A stretch of DNA of 64,000 bases, from the NCBI GenBank assembly GCA_040954595.2, contig CM082585.2, positions 10,156,564 to 10,220,563 on the forward strand, in the 5' to 3' direction. Position numbers and translations under genes: made by a program. The notes beneath the pieces are model-generated. The model worked only from the letters and a program-made list of their open reading frames with translations. It had not been told where the DNA came from and searched no databases. The DNA comes from Balanoglossus misakiensis (taxonomy: Eukaryota > Animalia > Hemichordata). Of this stretch, positions 1 through 13,165 are shown piece after piece (within the stretch, counting starts at the first letter, position 1; every line of letters begins with the position of its first letter).

Positions 1-185
1 GCAGGTAGTTGGCGCTGTGCCACAGTGCAGGGCAGTACCGTTGTGGGCGCTGTCACTCATAATGTGCATTTCTGTTTACATTGTGCAATCTCTTGATGGG
101 AAGGGTACAAATATTTGCAGAAATTGATCCAAGTTTATATAAATAATTCAGAGGATAACGAATTCTTTTCCACAAATTTTTACAG

Positions 186-3113
186 ACGACAGCAAGAAAT
201 GGAAGCCAAACTCATTGAAGAGGAAGTCGCCAAGAGGGTGGAAGAAATGGTTGCCAAGCGCGTTGAGGAAGAGCTGGAAAAACGGAAAGATGACATAGAG
301 GCAGAAGTTCTCCGGCGTGTGGAGGAGGCCAAACGAATTATGGAAAAACAAATGCTTGAGGAACTTGAACGGCAAAGAGAAGAAGAATTAGCAGCACAAC
401 GTGCCAAAGAGGTAAAGAATTTTTTCTTTGGGTTTAGGGCAACCCTGGCAAATTTTTGTGTAAAATTAGGAATGTTTAAGAATACTTATTTTCTCTGTAA
501 TAAAGGAATGCGTTTTCCAAGAACTTGGTGACACTGAACTGATCTGAAGAAATGACAATCCAAGCTGTTTTACAGTTAATGAGAAACAGTTTTCAACTCT
601 GACAGAATAACAGTTAGGGTTTATTTGTACAGAGCTTAGTCGTGCCAAAAGTATCTTTTGTGACAAGCAAAGATTTGCCAGGGTTGCATCTTGGAGGCAG
701 CAGCTGGTCTCTTTCACCAAAGCCAGACAAATGACACAATATCAACAAAAGAGCTGCTTTTACTGTTGATCGTTTGGATAATGTACCAGTGGTGTTCTCC
801 ATTATGGATGCATTCGTTTCTGACCTTGTGAACTTTCTGTCACTAGCTAGTGTTGATTATTCAAAGGCTGAATGTTGATCAGTCAAGGACTGAGCTGACC
901 TCTGAATGTCTAACAGAGAGAAAATGTTATTTTCATGGTGAGAAAAGCATGCAATTTCAGGCCCTGTACATTATATGGGGCTGGAACGAGACTCTGGCAA
1001 AGGACTATTGGTTATGAACCTCACAAGCCACAGGTTTCTAGAAAATGTTTATTTTTGCAAAGTCAGGTTTTTCACATCCTGTGGAGCACACCATTACAAA
1101 ATGACTCTGCTTTGGTGGAGACCAGCTAATGTCATCCAAGCAGAAAGGGGGGTGGTGTAACGGTTTGGTCAACATACGTGCAACAATTCTCTCCTTAGTT
1201 TTCAATAGGAGCAGACCAGGCTGCCTAAGGAAAGCCTATATCAATTTGGCAAGTTATTTTAACTTTTTTTCCCCCGTCAAAGAAAATAAACCAGAAATGG
1301 TACCTCTTTTTCAATCCTGATCAATGGCTACTAAAACATTTTTTTGTGGATCAAAGACAATCATGCCAGAATGGGAGCATAACATTGTCCTGCACAAGAC
1401 TGTAAGATATGTGAATTGACATTGGTAGGCAAGGATCATAGCTGGTGCATAGACAGTTTTAAAAAAAGTAGGATAATAAACAGTGAAGGGAGGAATAAAA
1501 GAAGTAAGCTGTAGAACTGTTGAAGATGCTGTTTGTGTGGATTTGATCAAAGGAAAGAAAAGCAGTTCACTATATGATCTGTGGATGCCAGGAAGGCCCA
1601 AGCATTTGCCGAAGGTATTTATTACTTTCAGTGTACTGAACTGAAAGTGTACATTTTGGTACAGTACCAAAGTAAAAATTATATCGGGCTGAATATTACA
1701 CAGGTGAGGTACCACGGTAAGGTGATGAATTCTTATCTTTGCACTCTAGTTATTGTGTACTTGTAGGCCAGTCATTTTGTTTCTCCAGTATGTTGTTTTT
1801 GTGTATGTGTGTGATGCTTGAGTTAACCAAACACAACCCCACATTAGCTCATGTTCATTCTGCAGCCGACAGTCAAAAACACCACATAGACTGCCAGTAT
1901 TTGAATCTTCCAACGATAACGTGAGAAATTTGTTTCTTTTTCCAGGAGGAGGAACGAGTAAAAAGGGAGGAGCTTGAGAAAATTATGGAGGAAAATCAGC
2001 AAAAAATTGAGGAAGCACAAAGAAAATTGGTAAGAGAAGTGTACGTTGTGTTTCGGGTGGGCATTGTTGTGGGTTGTTGATAAAGAGTACTTCTGGGTAC
2101 ATGTGGAAATGATGCGAGGGATGTTTCATGTGGGTGATTGCTAATCTGGGTTCTGTATGTGTGTGTATACATTCCTATATTGTCTGTTCCCATGGCTACA
2201 TCATAACATGCTATTTATCAATTTCAGCACATGATCAGCGTGACCACTTTCTCTTAATAAAAACCTGTTATGGAAACACCTTTATATTAACAAGTCCATC
2301 TTTGTTATGTTGGGCAGGAATAGTGTGAAACGTGTCATATACATGACATATATGAACTTTGAACATTTTAACTACAAATTTCCCTCACTGCTGAAGTCTT
2401 GGACATACAGGAAATTGATGACATAGAAGATAAAGAGCCGCCAAGAGAAAAATGCCATGAAATGCTGCCATACGTTCTGGTTTGCTAGATTTTGTAATGT
2501 ATTATCCTAAGTGGCTACCTCGATAAACTCTTCGGGCCTGCTTTGCCTAGTGTTCATGTGAATTGCTTGTCGCTACATTCTTCGGAGGGAAAAAATGTCC
2601 ACTCTGCCAACCCTTGTAAAATATCTTGTTTGCTTTGATTGCTCTCAGCCAAAAGGTATCTTGATGTTAGGAGCCACAGACAGGTATTCACATGGTTTTG
2701 TGTACTACCCTGGGGAAAAGTACCTACTGCGTGTAGTATAGCTATTCCTGCAGAAGCCAAAAGTGATTGATATCACGATTTTTGTGTCATCCAAAGAGGA
2801 GAATTCTCTGCAGCGCTGAATCATGTATTTCTTTATTATATTTGGTGATTGGTGTTATGTTTCCCCCTTGTATGAAACCAAAGTCCTGGTTTGTTGGTAA
2901 TGTGTATTTCACAGAATCACTTTTCTTTTTCCCCTCAAGGCGGAAGAGCGCTTACAAATGGTTGAGGCTCAGCGTAAAATGGAAGAGGAAAGACTAGCCT
3001 TTGAGAAAGAGCAAAAAAGGCGAATCAAACAAGAACAAGAAGTTATTCTCAATAAAAAGAAAGTAAGACCAAAATTGTCGTTTGGTTTTAAAGCCAAAGC
3101 TGAAGGACTCTAG
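186..3113 (+). CDS. ARGLU1: Arginine/glutamate-rich protein 1, last three coding exons (5' part upstream of window)
   Basis: Exons 186-411, 1946-2029, 2940-3113 with canonical AG/GT ends splice in frame: [53 protein letters not shown]...[37 protein letters not shown]...[10 protein letters not shown]...; this matches the conserved ARGLU1 C-terminus. Confidence 0.95.
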
Positions 3114-3946
3114 TGATCATTGATGCAAAGTGTCTCTGGATGCAGGAGAAAGGGGGCATATGCCGTCTTTTACAAATGGAAGGCTTTATTGTGAACTCAC
3201 TACTACTGCCCATTCCTGTTTGAGATGTACTTTTATTAAACTAAGCATAGGCAAGTCTTGCGTTATTAAACCAGGGATGAGAACATTTTTTTTCTTTAAA
3301 AAATACAAGCCAGAGATGTATGCAGCATCTGCACACTATCACTGGCCAGACATTTTCCTGTAATAGTTATGGATGCCAGACTGTATGTACAATGTTTCAA
3401 AATATTGACAATTTAAGTTGAATTCAGGAAGTGTATAAAAAAAAAACAGGAGCACAAGAAATTGTCCAGGAAAAAAAATACGAACAGGTATAAACTAGTT
3501 GTTGAGGCAGCTTTTTAAAAAAATCTCAAAAATCTTATGTTCTTGTGTATCTAGTGCTAGTTCTGATTTGAGTCATGAAAATATCTGCTACTTTGGAATC
3601 AAAATTATTTTCTCTAAATTATCATCCAAGAGCCTTGTGATCCATTGCATATATGTATATACTGTAACATTTGAACTTAGGGTCATAGGTCATAGGGGTA
3701 GAATAGTTGTAGAAGTTCAGGTAAGTGTTAATGAACATTGAAAAATATTCTATGCAAGTTATACCCTGTAGGGATAAATAAGTTGACAAGGCTTTTGGGT
3801 GGTCATATTTCTGAAGATTCAAATCACAGTCGGGGGTGGTTGATCTTGCTGTGAATTTTGAAAGTCTTGTAACTGTTGCTGTAAATATATAGTCGTGTGT
3901 AGTTTTTACCATTTCAAAATTAGTGTTAGATATACAAGGATAATGA

Positions 3947-3952
3947 AATAAA
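3947..3952 (+). terminator. Probable polyadenylation signal of ARGLU1
   Basis: AATAAA about 830 nt after the stop, followed by a GT/T-rich tract (gtgattgtgtgtggtcttttagttggtttg). Confidence 0.5.
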
Positions 3953-4993
3953 AGTTCTTGAATATTAAGTGTGATTGTGTGTGGTCTTTTAGTTGGTTTG
4001 ATTGTGTTTGAGTTTATTTCAATGGAACATTCCTTGTGGAAGTTCCTACTGGCACAGTTTCTTGTTAAAACTATCTGCAGGTCTGACTGCCATGGATAGA
4101 TGAATTTGACTCTGGAAAACTTTTGAAAGATAGATGTTGTAATTAAAATGGCAAAATGCTCACAGAACTACTTTAGTCACAACTTTCAGAAAATTATGAT
4201 GGGAACACCAATGTAGCCTACCAACCAAATTCTCAAGTGAACACAAGCCTAATTCCCAAAAAGAGTTCAATCAGTAATTATCCCTAAAATCAAATATACT
4301 TTTGGTACATGAGAATGACCACATCATGGGACTCTGAAAACCAAATGGCAGAACAAGTGGTTTCTGGAAAATTGCCCCAGAAATGCAATATTGACACTCG
4401 CCACAACAAGGGCAGGTGGGAAAGCGCCCCCAATCGACGGGTTTTCCAATCTATCAGAAGCTGTTTAAATATCCGGCACAGAAATTTAAAGTAAATGACA
4501 TTAAGTAGTTGACAACACTGCAATGCATTTTTCACAATTATGCAAATAATGATTTTAAATCCTTTACCTTGCTGATCATGCAAAGAAGTTATTTGATCCA
4601 GCCTGAGGCTGTATTTATGATTTATCACAGAACCATACATCAAGAAATTTGATCACACGGTGTGAGAAAACGTTTGAGGATAGACCGATTTTTATTATAT
4701 TCTCTCTCCCTAAACAATTTGACAAAAAAATCACAATTATATATTGATTGATGACTGAGATTACAAAGGTATGATTGATGCGTTGTGCCTTCTGCGCATT
4801 CGCGGAACGAATTAGGCCTAGGGCTATATTGTGTATGTCGCACGTCACGCGGTCTGGTCACTCGACTGTCGTTTTTGTAACTTAGGGAGATACAAAAACG
4901 CACACTTCGCGTAAATATGGACTCTCCTGTCAAAGGGTAGTCCAAGAAGGAACTGGTGTGTGTGTGGATATACGTCCGTGCTTTATATACCCA

Positions 4994-7900
4994 ATGGCTT
5001 CGAAGGAGTCGCTCGACAATAATTCTAGTTTTGTGGAGGAGACAAGCATTGGAGGAATAAAGTACGTGGGGGACAAATCATCGACAGCTTTTAGAAGGTA
5101 AATTGTTTTTATCAGTCAATCGTCTCATCATCATCATCATCATCATCATCATTAGACGTTATATCTTCGCCTTTCGTAACTTGGAACTACTGTTAATTCA
5201 CTACATGTTGTTTAATTGACGCACAATTCCGCATATAAAACAAAAACACTGTCTAATCAAGAATATTTTCGCAGCGGGAAAGTTATAAAAAATTAACAGG
5301 GCCGTGGATTCTGGAACTGGGTGCATATCTCGGTTTCTTCCCACGCTCTTTTGAACTTTTCAATTCACCGACTTGGTTTGCATGGTCCGACTTCCATAAT
5401 GATTGTTCTCAGTGGCATTCATGGGCCTCTATGGCGGGAAACTGGGGGTGAAAGGGATGAATCACTCTACATCCATGGTTTACGACTATGTCCTGCATTC
5501 ACGGAAATTAATGAACTGCAAATAATGTTTAGCGAAAGTTGCCGGTACTAACATCAATCCTAAAACAACAGGGGATGGCTGGCCGTATGGTCGCAACTGC
5601 AATTAATGTTTAGCGAAAGTTGACGGTACTAACATCAATCCTAAAACAACAGGGGATTCACAACTCTCAACTTAGTTACTGATATTTATATCAAATTCTC
5701 AGTGTAATTCGTGATCACAATAACCAACGAAGCTTGACCGATGTAGTCACCATGGAAATACCACGGGACGGTTCATATAAAGCATTCTGGATCTCCTTAC
5801 TGCATGTTATCCGAAAGAGTTTTGATGAAGTCATTTTGTCAAGTATGAAGACGGATTACGGTATATGACGTTTGAATAACCACTGAAGACTTTTTTAATC
5901 ATCATAGCCAATGAAAATGAACAACTGAATAAGATGAAATGTACGACTAAAATGCAAAGATCTAATTACCTGTCGCAGACAATATGTGTGTGATGTTTAC
6001 CCGAAGGGAATCGCTTTTAATAGAGTTCCTTTTATGCAAGGCGGGAAGAAATATTAATAAAATAAGTCGATGGCTCATGTCAATTATACAGGAACATTAA
6101 CTGAGAACTATGAAACTGTATTCAAGTCAGAATGAGATGACTTCATTGTGTGATTCTGATCGTCCCAAACAAAAACTAAATCTATTGAAAAATATTTCAA
6201 TTTAGACATGTTGGCGTTTGTATAATAGCACAACTTAATAGAACTGCAAATGAGTTTAACAAAATCAGCACCAATGTATTTGTGAATGATAGCATGTTAA
6301 CTGTTGAAATGCTATGCACGAAAATGTATAATTTATTAGGCTAAAGGCTGTTCGGTATTTTAATGTTCTTAACACCAAATGACACATGCACAGCTGTCGG
6401 AAACATCGGCCATTACTTAGGTAAATATTAATATGTGCATGCGAATTATGACCTCTTGTACGTCCATCTAAATAGTACTTTTCAGCGGCTTTCTATTTAT
6501 AAAGCTAATGCTTCAAGTTTGAAACATTAAATTAAAAAAATAGACTTTAATTTCTAAGTGCTGACTCTAAATATTATAATTGCTTATGCACTCCATCACC
6601 AATTATCCAATCGCCTCGTTTACGTCAACAAATGCATTTTCTATGAAACAATCGATATTATTAGCCATGGAAAAACGTGACATTGATCTGTTAAAAGACA
6701 TAATTAACGTACCGCTGTTTTGGACATAATGGGGGATTTATAACGTTGACAAAAAATTGCCAACTCTTAGATTTTGAACATTATATAACCTGTGATTCGT
6801 CACCTATTTCAGCGACAATAATACCATTGACTTGGTCGAATTTCAGGTTTGTGTGGCTGATTATTGTATTGGGTGCAGCGATAGGGCTCGGCCTGCAAGG
6901 ATACAAGATTGTGAACACCTTCATCTTGAAGCCCGTCACTGTGAATATTGAACGTCTTGAAGTGGGGTCAATGCCCTTTCCTGCGTTAACAATATGCAAC
7001 AACAATCTAATCAGGTAAATTCATTTTTCAAATTGAATTTTTACACTTTTTTTGCGCCAGTATTTCTTAAATTCAACTGCATAGAAGAGTTTTAACCAGT
7101 GATCGTTTCAGTCGTGTTAGGAAGCCGACACCAAGTGGTAAAAAGGTATTAACCATAAGTTATTAAATTAATCACGTAATTCCTTGACTGGATGACTACC
7201 ATCAATGGATTGATTGATTAATTAATTGATTGTTTGTTTGTTTGGTTTATTGTTTGCTGTTAACTGATTGATTGATTGATTGATTGATTGATCGATTACT
7301 GGTCATCTTCTCTTTGCAGGAGATCTATTCTTGCCGAACATGCTGGCTTTCTGAATCTCAATATGTCACTTCTAGTTGCTCAGACTATATTTAATCGGCA
7401 ATCCTTGGGAGGTGAACGTCACCTCGATATAGATTTCTCTGGTGCGAATTATGGTGTCGCATTTGGCAATGACCTTCGCGCATACATGGAGACAGTTGCA
7501 CACAAGATGGACGACGCCGTTCTTTGGTAAAAAGTTTTTTGTTGTAAATTTTCTCTTTTTGTAGTTGAAATCACAATGTTATTTCAGGCTAAAAGACAGT
7601 CGTCACTTTATGAAAAAAATCGAGGATACTTGATTTCCTTGAAAGATGCCCCGGATCTTTATTTAACAAGGTACAGCCCAGTTATTAGTTCGGTTTACTG
7701 TAAAATGTCGTTGCCAAGGTGATCTGAATCAATATTATATCGACCATTCAACAACAAGTAATTATAACCTATTCATATGTCACGTATTTAATTTCCTCAT
7801 ACGGGGACCATTATATTTCATGCGGTTGATGTGAAATAACTTTTCAAGTAACTGACAAAGAGCAGTGAATATTCATTCCTCTTTGATGGTAAAATTCCAA

Positions 7901-10900
7901 TCTCACACAAAACACATAAAGAGAGGCTAGTGATACAGAAACATTGTACAAAATTGACATCTAATTAAGATATTCGCAGTCACCATAGCGGGTAAAAGGT
8001 TCAATCGTTCATCAAACGTAAGAATGGATACCGGTTCATGACATTGGTGTCGCGAGCGCCACCACCGTCGTCATCAGCAACCGACGCCACTAATTTGAAT
8101 ATTAGTTGCGATAACAGGTGTTCGTTACGGACAGAAAAGCATTGTCATCACTGCGAAAATCAACGCTGCTCTGTGTCCGCGAGCACGATGTTCATTCAGT
8201 TGAACGATTTTTAGAAGCCTAACTACATACCACGCAAATAAAAAAAAACCAACAACATGACCATCTCAATGATAATATCGAATGCATTTTCATGTACATT
8301 TTCTCGGCAATGAAACACAGGGTTTCACCGATAATGACCTCACCTGAAGATGGGGGCTGGAACTTCTTCAACGAGTCAGGGCTCGGGCGTGCATCCACAG
8401 ATTCACTGGGCGAAAAAATTATCAAGCACGATGTCGTAACAGTTCATTCTTGTCGTCATTTGTCGATGGCACCGACTCACCACGCACCTGTACAGCATCA
8501 ACACCTTTCCGTTGCACTTAGAACACAAAATCTGAGCTTTTTTCTCGCGTAGAATTGTGGAGATCGACGAACTAAAATACCCTGGCTCGAGTGAACGAGG
8601 GAAGCCTTCGTCCAGAGAAACACGAAATCTGATTGGTTGAAAAGTGGATAACTCTGATTGGCTCTTATACTGCTTATGATTTTAGACACCGATGTTTCGT
8701 TTTCTACATGTTAGGCGCTAGGCTAGGCTTAAGTACATGTATTTACTTTAATCTATTATTTTATATGTCGAATGAATAGAGCTTTACTTTCAAATTTGTG
8801 ACAGGTGTAGATGGCGTGGAGAATACTGTGGCCCAGAGAATTTCACAGAGACCCTCACAAATTATGGAGTTTGTTTCACGTTTAATTCTGGGAAAACTGG
8901 AGAAATACTTCATGGCTTTTCGGCCGGTAGGTACACCGATCAAATACTTTGTTGAATTCTGCACCTATTCTAGTTTCACGAAAAGCTTGACTTGTACTAT
9001 TTGGCTAGAGCAACCCGTTGCCAGATAATTAACCACGTCTCGCGAGATCTCGCAGTGAGCATGATATAGTCTATTATTTTCCGTCTGTGCCTTACCAGGT
9101 GAGCGTCACGGCCTACAGCTGTATCTGAACGTCGAGACAGCCGAATACATCAGCGGACCTCGCGACACGGTGGGCTTCAAAGCTATGGTTCATCATCAAC
9201 ACGATGTTCCGAACATCGAGGACTTGGGGTTTGCTCTCTCCCCAGGAACCCATACTCTGGTTGCCGTTTCGCCCCAAAAAGTGAGAAAAACACTTTAAGA
9301 TATATCGTTTTTTTTAAGTTATACAAGTTATATTATCATATATTTGCTGTGCAAATAAACGTATGTACTACTTGGTATGTGTCTTTTTATTCCCAAAACG
9401 TATTATTGGCCGATTAATGGTCCCAAATTTTGACACTTCTACACACTGTCGATCAAAATGGGTATTTCGTTCGTCGAATATTGTTCATCTTGACTCTTGA
9501 ACCGTGGACGGGCAAGACCATGGTATAACTTACATTTCCAAATTTTTTACCAACTCACAGGACGTACTTTTGCCAAAACCCGAGGGTCACTCCAACTGCA
9601 TTGAGCAGAGCCAGGGCCAATCAAGTCTTCTCTTCTCCGAGGGAAACTATTCAAGGTCAAAGTGCCACATCGAATGTGTAACATCGTATATTGTAAACAC
9701 GTGTGATTGCAAGTACTTTTACATGCCAGGTGAATGTTAATCTTTTAAAAGCAAAAAGCTAATATACCACACAGAGTGAATGTGGTATCTCACAATATTA
9801 CATTCATGTGAATAAGAATAAAACAACTACAGATATCAAACCTTTGTCCACATTACATACATTTCCAGGTAATTCAAGTTACTGCCAACCTCAGCAACTT
9901 AGGGACTGCTACTTCGAAGCTATTGGTAAGATGCATAACACTCTGTGACATTGTAACGCCTTCTAAATGCCTATACGAGTTTATTAAATGTCTATGAAGT
10001 TGCCGGAAAAGTCACGGATGATGAAATGTTTTTTTCAACACTTCTGTTATCATAAAACGTCATTCACTTTCTCTGCTCTCGATCTCAAACATTAACATGC
10101 TAACCTTTCCATTCAATTTAGATAACCTTCCATCGAATAATAGGATGTGTTCCCACTGCCAAGACGCCTGTGATCTGATTTCCTATAACGTCAAGCTGTC
10201 GTACCAAGCCTTCCCGTCATTCCCTGTCGTCAAGGACTCGAACGATAATGGCGGAGTGATGTGTCAGAGTGCCTACACGTACTACTTTAGGTTCGTGACA
10301 CATTTGAAACATTTCTAACGGAGCTGGGCGGTTATTTTCCTTGGTTCAGTAGTCGAATGCCACACTGACTTTCACCAACATAGAATTTAAAACAGCCGTC
10401 AGTTTCCAAAAGTTGTCGACACCCCCTAGCAATATTCGGGTCGATAATAAAAGCGATATACTGTCTTGTCATAGGGATAAGTCATACAAACAAGTTCTAA
10501 TACCGGGGTCATCATATTTTGTTTTACAGAAAAGTTATAGAAGAAGGATATTACAAGACATGCCTCACCACTGATGACTTCGCACCATTCATGACACTAT
10601 TGTCGTCTGCTCTTGATGAATCCAACATGAGTTTAAACAACACCCAAATCATCAATGACATCATAAATGCAACGCTGCCAATATTCTATAAGACTCTACA
10701 CTCCGAGCTCTCCCTTGTTATTTCTTTGAAAATTTATCATGTTGCGTTTGGGATGGTTCGCAATAACGACACAAGTTTCCTTGACAACGCGAGCGAAGTG
10801 TACAACAGCACCTACCAAGCCGTCCGTGAACACTTGATTGGACGGCAGTGGTATGCGAGACTCCTGCGAAGCAGCAGCAGAGAGCCGCTCGAAAAGGCTG

Positions 10901-11683
10901 AGTTGAAATTTAACGACACGACCATCGATAGAGCCGCCATCTTGACAACCTTAGAGGAGTCGTTCACGACAGCATACGACGCCATCTTTGAGTCGGTTTA
11001 TGCTTCTTACAGGAGCTGCTTTCAACGGCGCTTTCTCGAGCTGACAGAAACATTTTCGGGGGAAGATGTTTGCTATGATTATGCAAGGTCAGTTAATCAG
11101 AAATAATTTGAGACCAGATGCTCCCAGATCCGTAAATCTTACAACATTGACAAAGGGAAATGACCTCACCCTATAGGAGAAGTGTGTAATCGTTATGAAG
11201 TCTCTCCATTGTGAACTTGTGGCATTATATATAATCTGTGCGTTACATTATGTGATAGGTCGTCTTGACTACTCTCGCTTTTAATTTCTGCAGACAAAAC
11301 TTGGTGAAGCTGAACGTGTACTTTGAAAATATGGTGGTGAACGTCATTACCCAGAGGGCTGATTACGAGATATTCAGCGTCATTTGCAAGTATCTTTTCG
11401 AAAATTTGCATTTGCAAGCTTCTATTTGACAATTGGCCAACCTTTACACATATTGCAATGATGTTACTGAAAACACACCAGGACAACTTTTTCTTGTTTC
11501 TTGTTCTGTCCAGGCGACATTGGAGGCGTACTGGGTTTGTTCTTCGGGGCAAGTTTGCTGTCTATTGTCGAAATTTTCGACTTCCTCGTCCTGAGACGAT
11601 GTTGCAAGAGGACACGAAGAATTGAGCCACAAACCATGGGTCGGCGAAGCGGGCAGTTCAAAGTTGACGACAAGGGTGTGTGA
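4994..11683 (+). CDS. DEG/ENaC (ASIC-like) amiloride-sensitive sodium channel subunit, about 665 aa
   Basis: 11 exons in consistent phase: 4994-5097, 6847-7014, 7320-7526, 8805-8926, 9099-9280, 9561-9729, 9869-9925, 10122-10290, 10530-11087, 11294-11385, 11514-11683 (1998 nt). Motifs: TM1 [38 protein letters not shown], Cys-rich thumb ([10 protein letters not shown]...CDC), [11 protein letters not shown]2 [23 protein letters not shown] with GAS filter. Confidence 0.93.
5126..5152. repeat. (CAT)n microsatellite
   Basis: About 9 CAT units in intron 1 of the channel gene. Confidence 0.9.
5513..5657. repeat. Local direct duplication (about 55-65 bp, period about 81 bp)
   Basis: taatgtttagcgaaagttg(c/a)cggtactaacatcaatcctaaaacaacagggga at about 5523 and about 5604. 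Confidence 0.85.
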
Positions 11684-13165
11684 TACTCCATGGAAGACAG
11701 TGCAGCCAGCGGTAGAAATGGGACAGGGGACCCAATACCCCTACGTACACATTTGCAACTTCACGCAATTATTTACGAAAATTACACCCCCCCCCCCCAC
11801 ACACACACGCCTTTGTACACGACTCTCTCACAGTTATACTAGTAATTCATTTCTGAGAAGGTTTCAGTTGAGAATAATAGCAGCTGAGCTTGGTTTGTGA
11901 TCAATAGAACAAAAACTGAAGACACCTATATTTTAGACGATCCCCTGTAAAGTATTTTAGGTCACGATAACTGATTCCTTTTCTATTAGGCTTTGTTCTT
12001 GCCGAACAATGACGTTTATATAAAAAAGTGTATATCTTTTTAGTACATTCACGAAATAACGGTCATCCGAGGTTCAAAAAACCGTGTCATTGCACAATTC
12101 TACGATATCGTCTGGAATCGAAATTAGACCATACAGACATTAAAGATTACAATTGTCTAAATTTCCAATAAAATGTATATATTTAAATTCAAATCTGGTA
12201 ATCTCCAGACAATCGGATACTATTGTTATTAAAGTGTAAATAGTATCGTCTAAGCTTTTAATGTCTAATCGTTATGTAACAAGTGGCATTGTATTGTATG
12301 ATATTTTATTCTATTATAAACCACTGGGTATAAACCAGGCCAATGTAAGGATTATTCGTAGATTAACACTATCTGAAGGCCGCTGTTGGATAAAAATAGT
12401 TACTGCGATTACGCCGCAGTTGAATAATCTTGATATTGAAGATAAGATTTCCACGAAGTGAAGCATTTTGATTATGCATTGCACATTTCTGCATAACGAA
12501 TCCACTGCGAATACTGTTGATGAATTTCGACCAATCCAGTGCAATTACACTTTCATGGTGCTCACCATAGACAGCTATGGTAACTTCACGAATATACAAG
12601 CTACGCTCACCAAAATCTAACGTGTTCTTTTCATTTTGAATAATATGTACCTGTGAACCGAATTTGATTTGAATCCGTTCAGCCATTCTTGAGAACGGCC
12701 TTCACAGACAGACAGACAGACAGACAGGCAAACATCGGTATGAGCTCTGAGGTGTATGAACATGTGACTTAAAATACCTAATACAAATGAGAGACAGCGT
12801 ACTAAATGAATTTAGTTATAAATCTTTATTAATATATATAAAACATGTTTTAAAACGTCAAACCACATTCACATATCTTTAAAATTAAATGTATTATAGT
12901 TGGTAAAATATAGTGTATTTCTAGAAACCGTCGACGTCATTTTAAATGTATGTTAATGCTTAAAAAATTTTGTTTATACGATATAAAAATTCTAAGCCGT
13001 GTTGTGTAGTGATGCAGCCACGATTTAACTTCATTTCGTATCCGGCCATTTTATCCAAAAAGTTTTCTTCATAGAAGATTCCAGAGGCACGCACCAGTGA
13101 CCCGATACAACACAATAAAGTAAATAGATATGAGACAGTAAACCCGTTCAATTAAAAGCCCAGTT

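Noticed and set aside
8118-8215. Acceptor followed by Cys/His-rich frame ([12 protein letters not shown]...) as a possible alternative channel exon
   Set aside because: Runs into a stop with no suitable donor; the true exon ([14 protein letters not shown]...) is at 8805.
9038-9054. TCTCGCGAGA palindrome (also at about 26208), BANP/ZBTB33-like motif
   Set aside because: Not at identifiable promoters (intronic and 3' of NUFIP1); more likely a common repeat motif.
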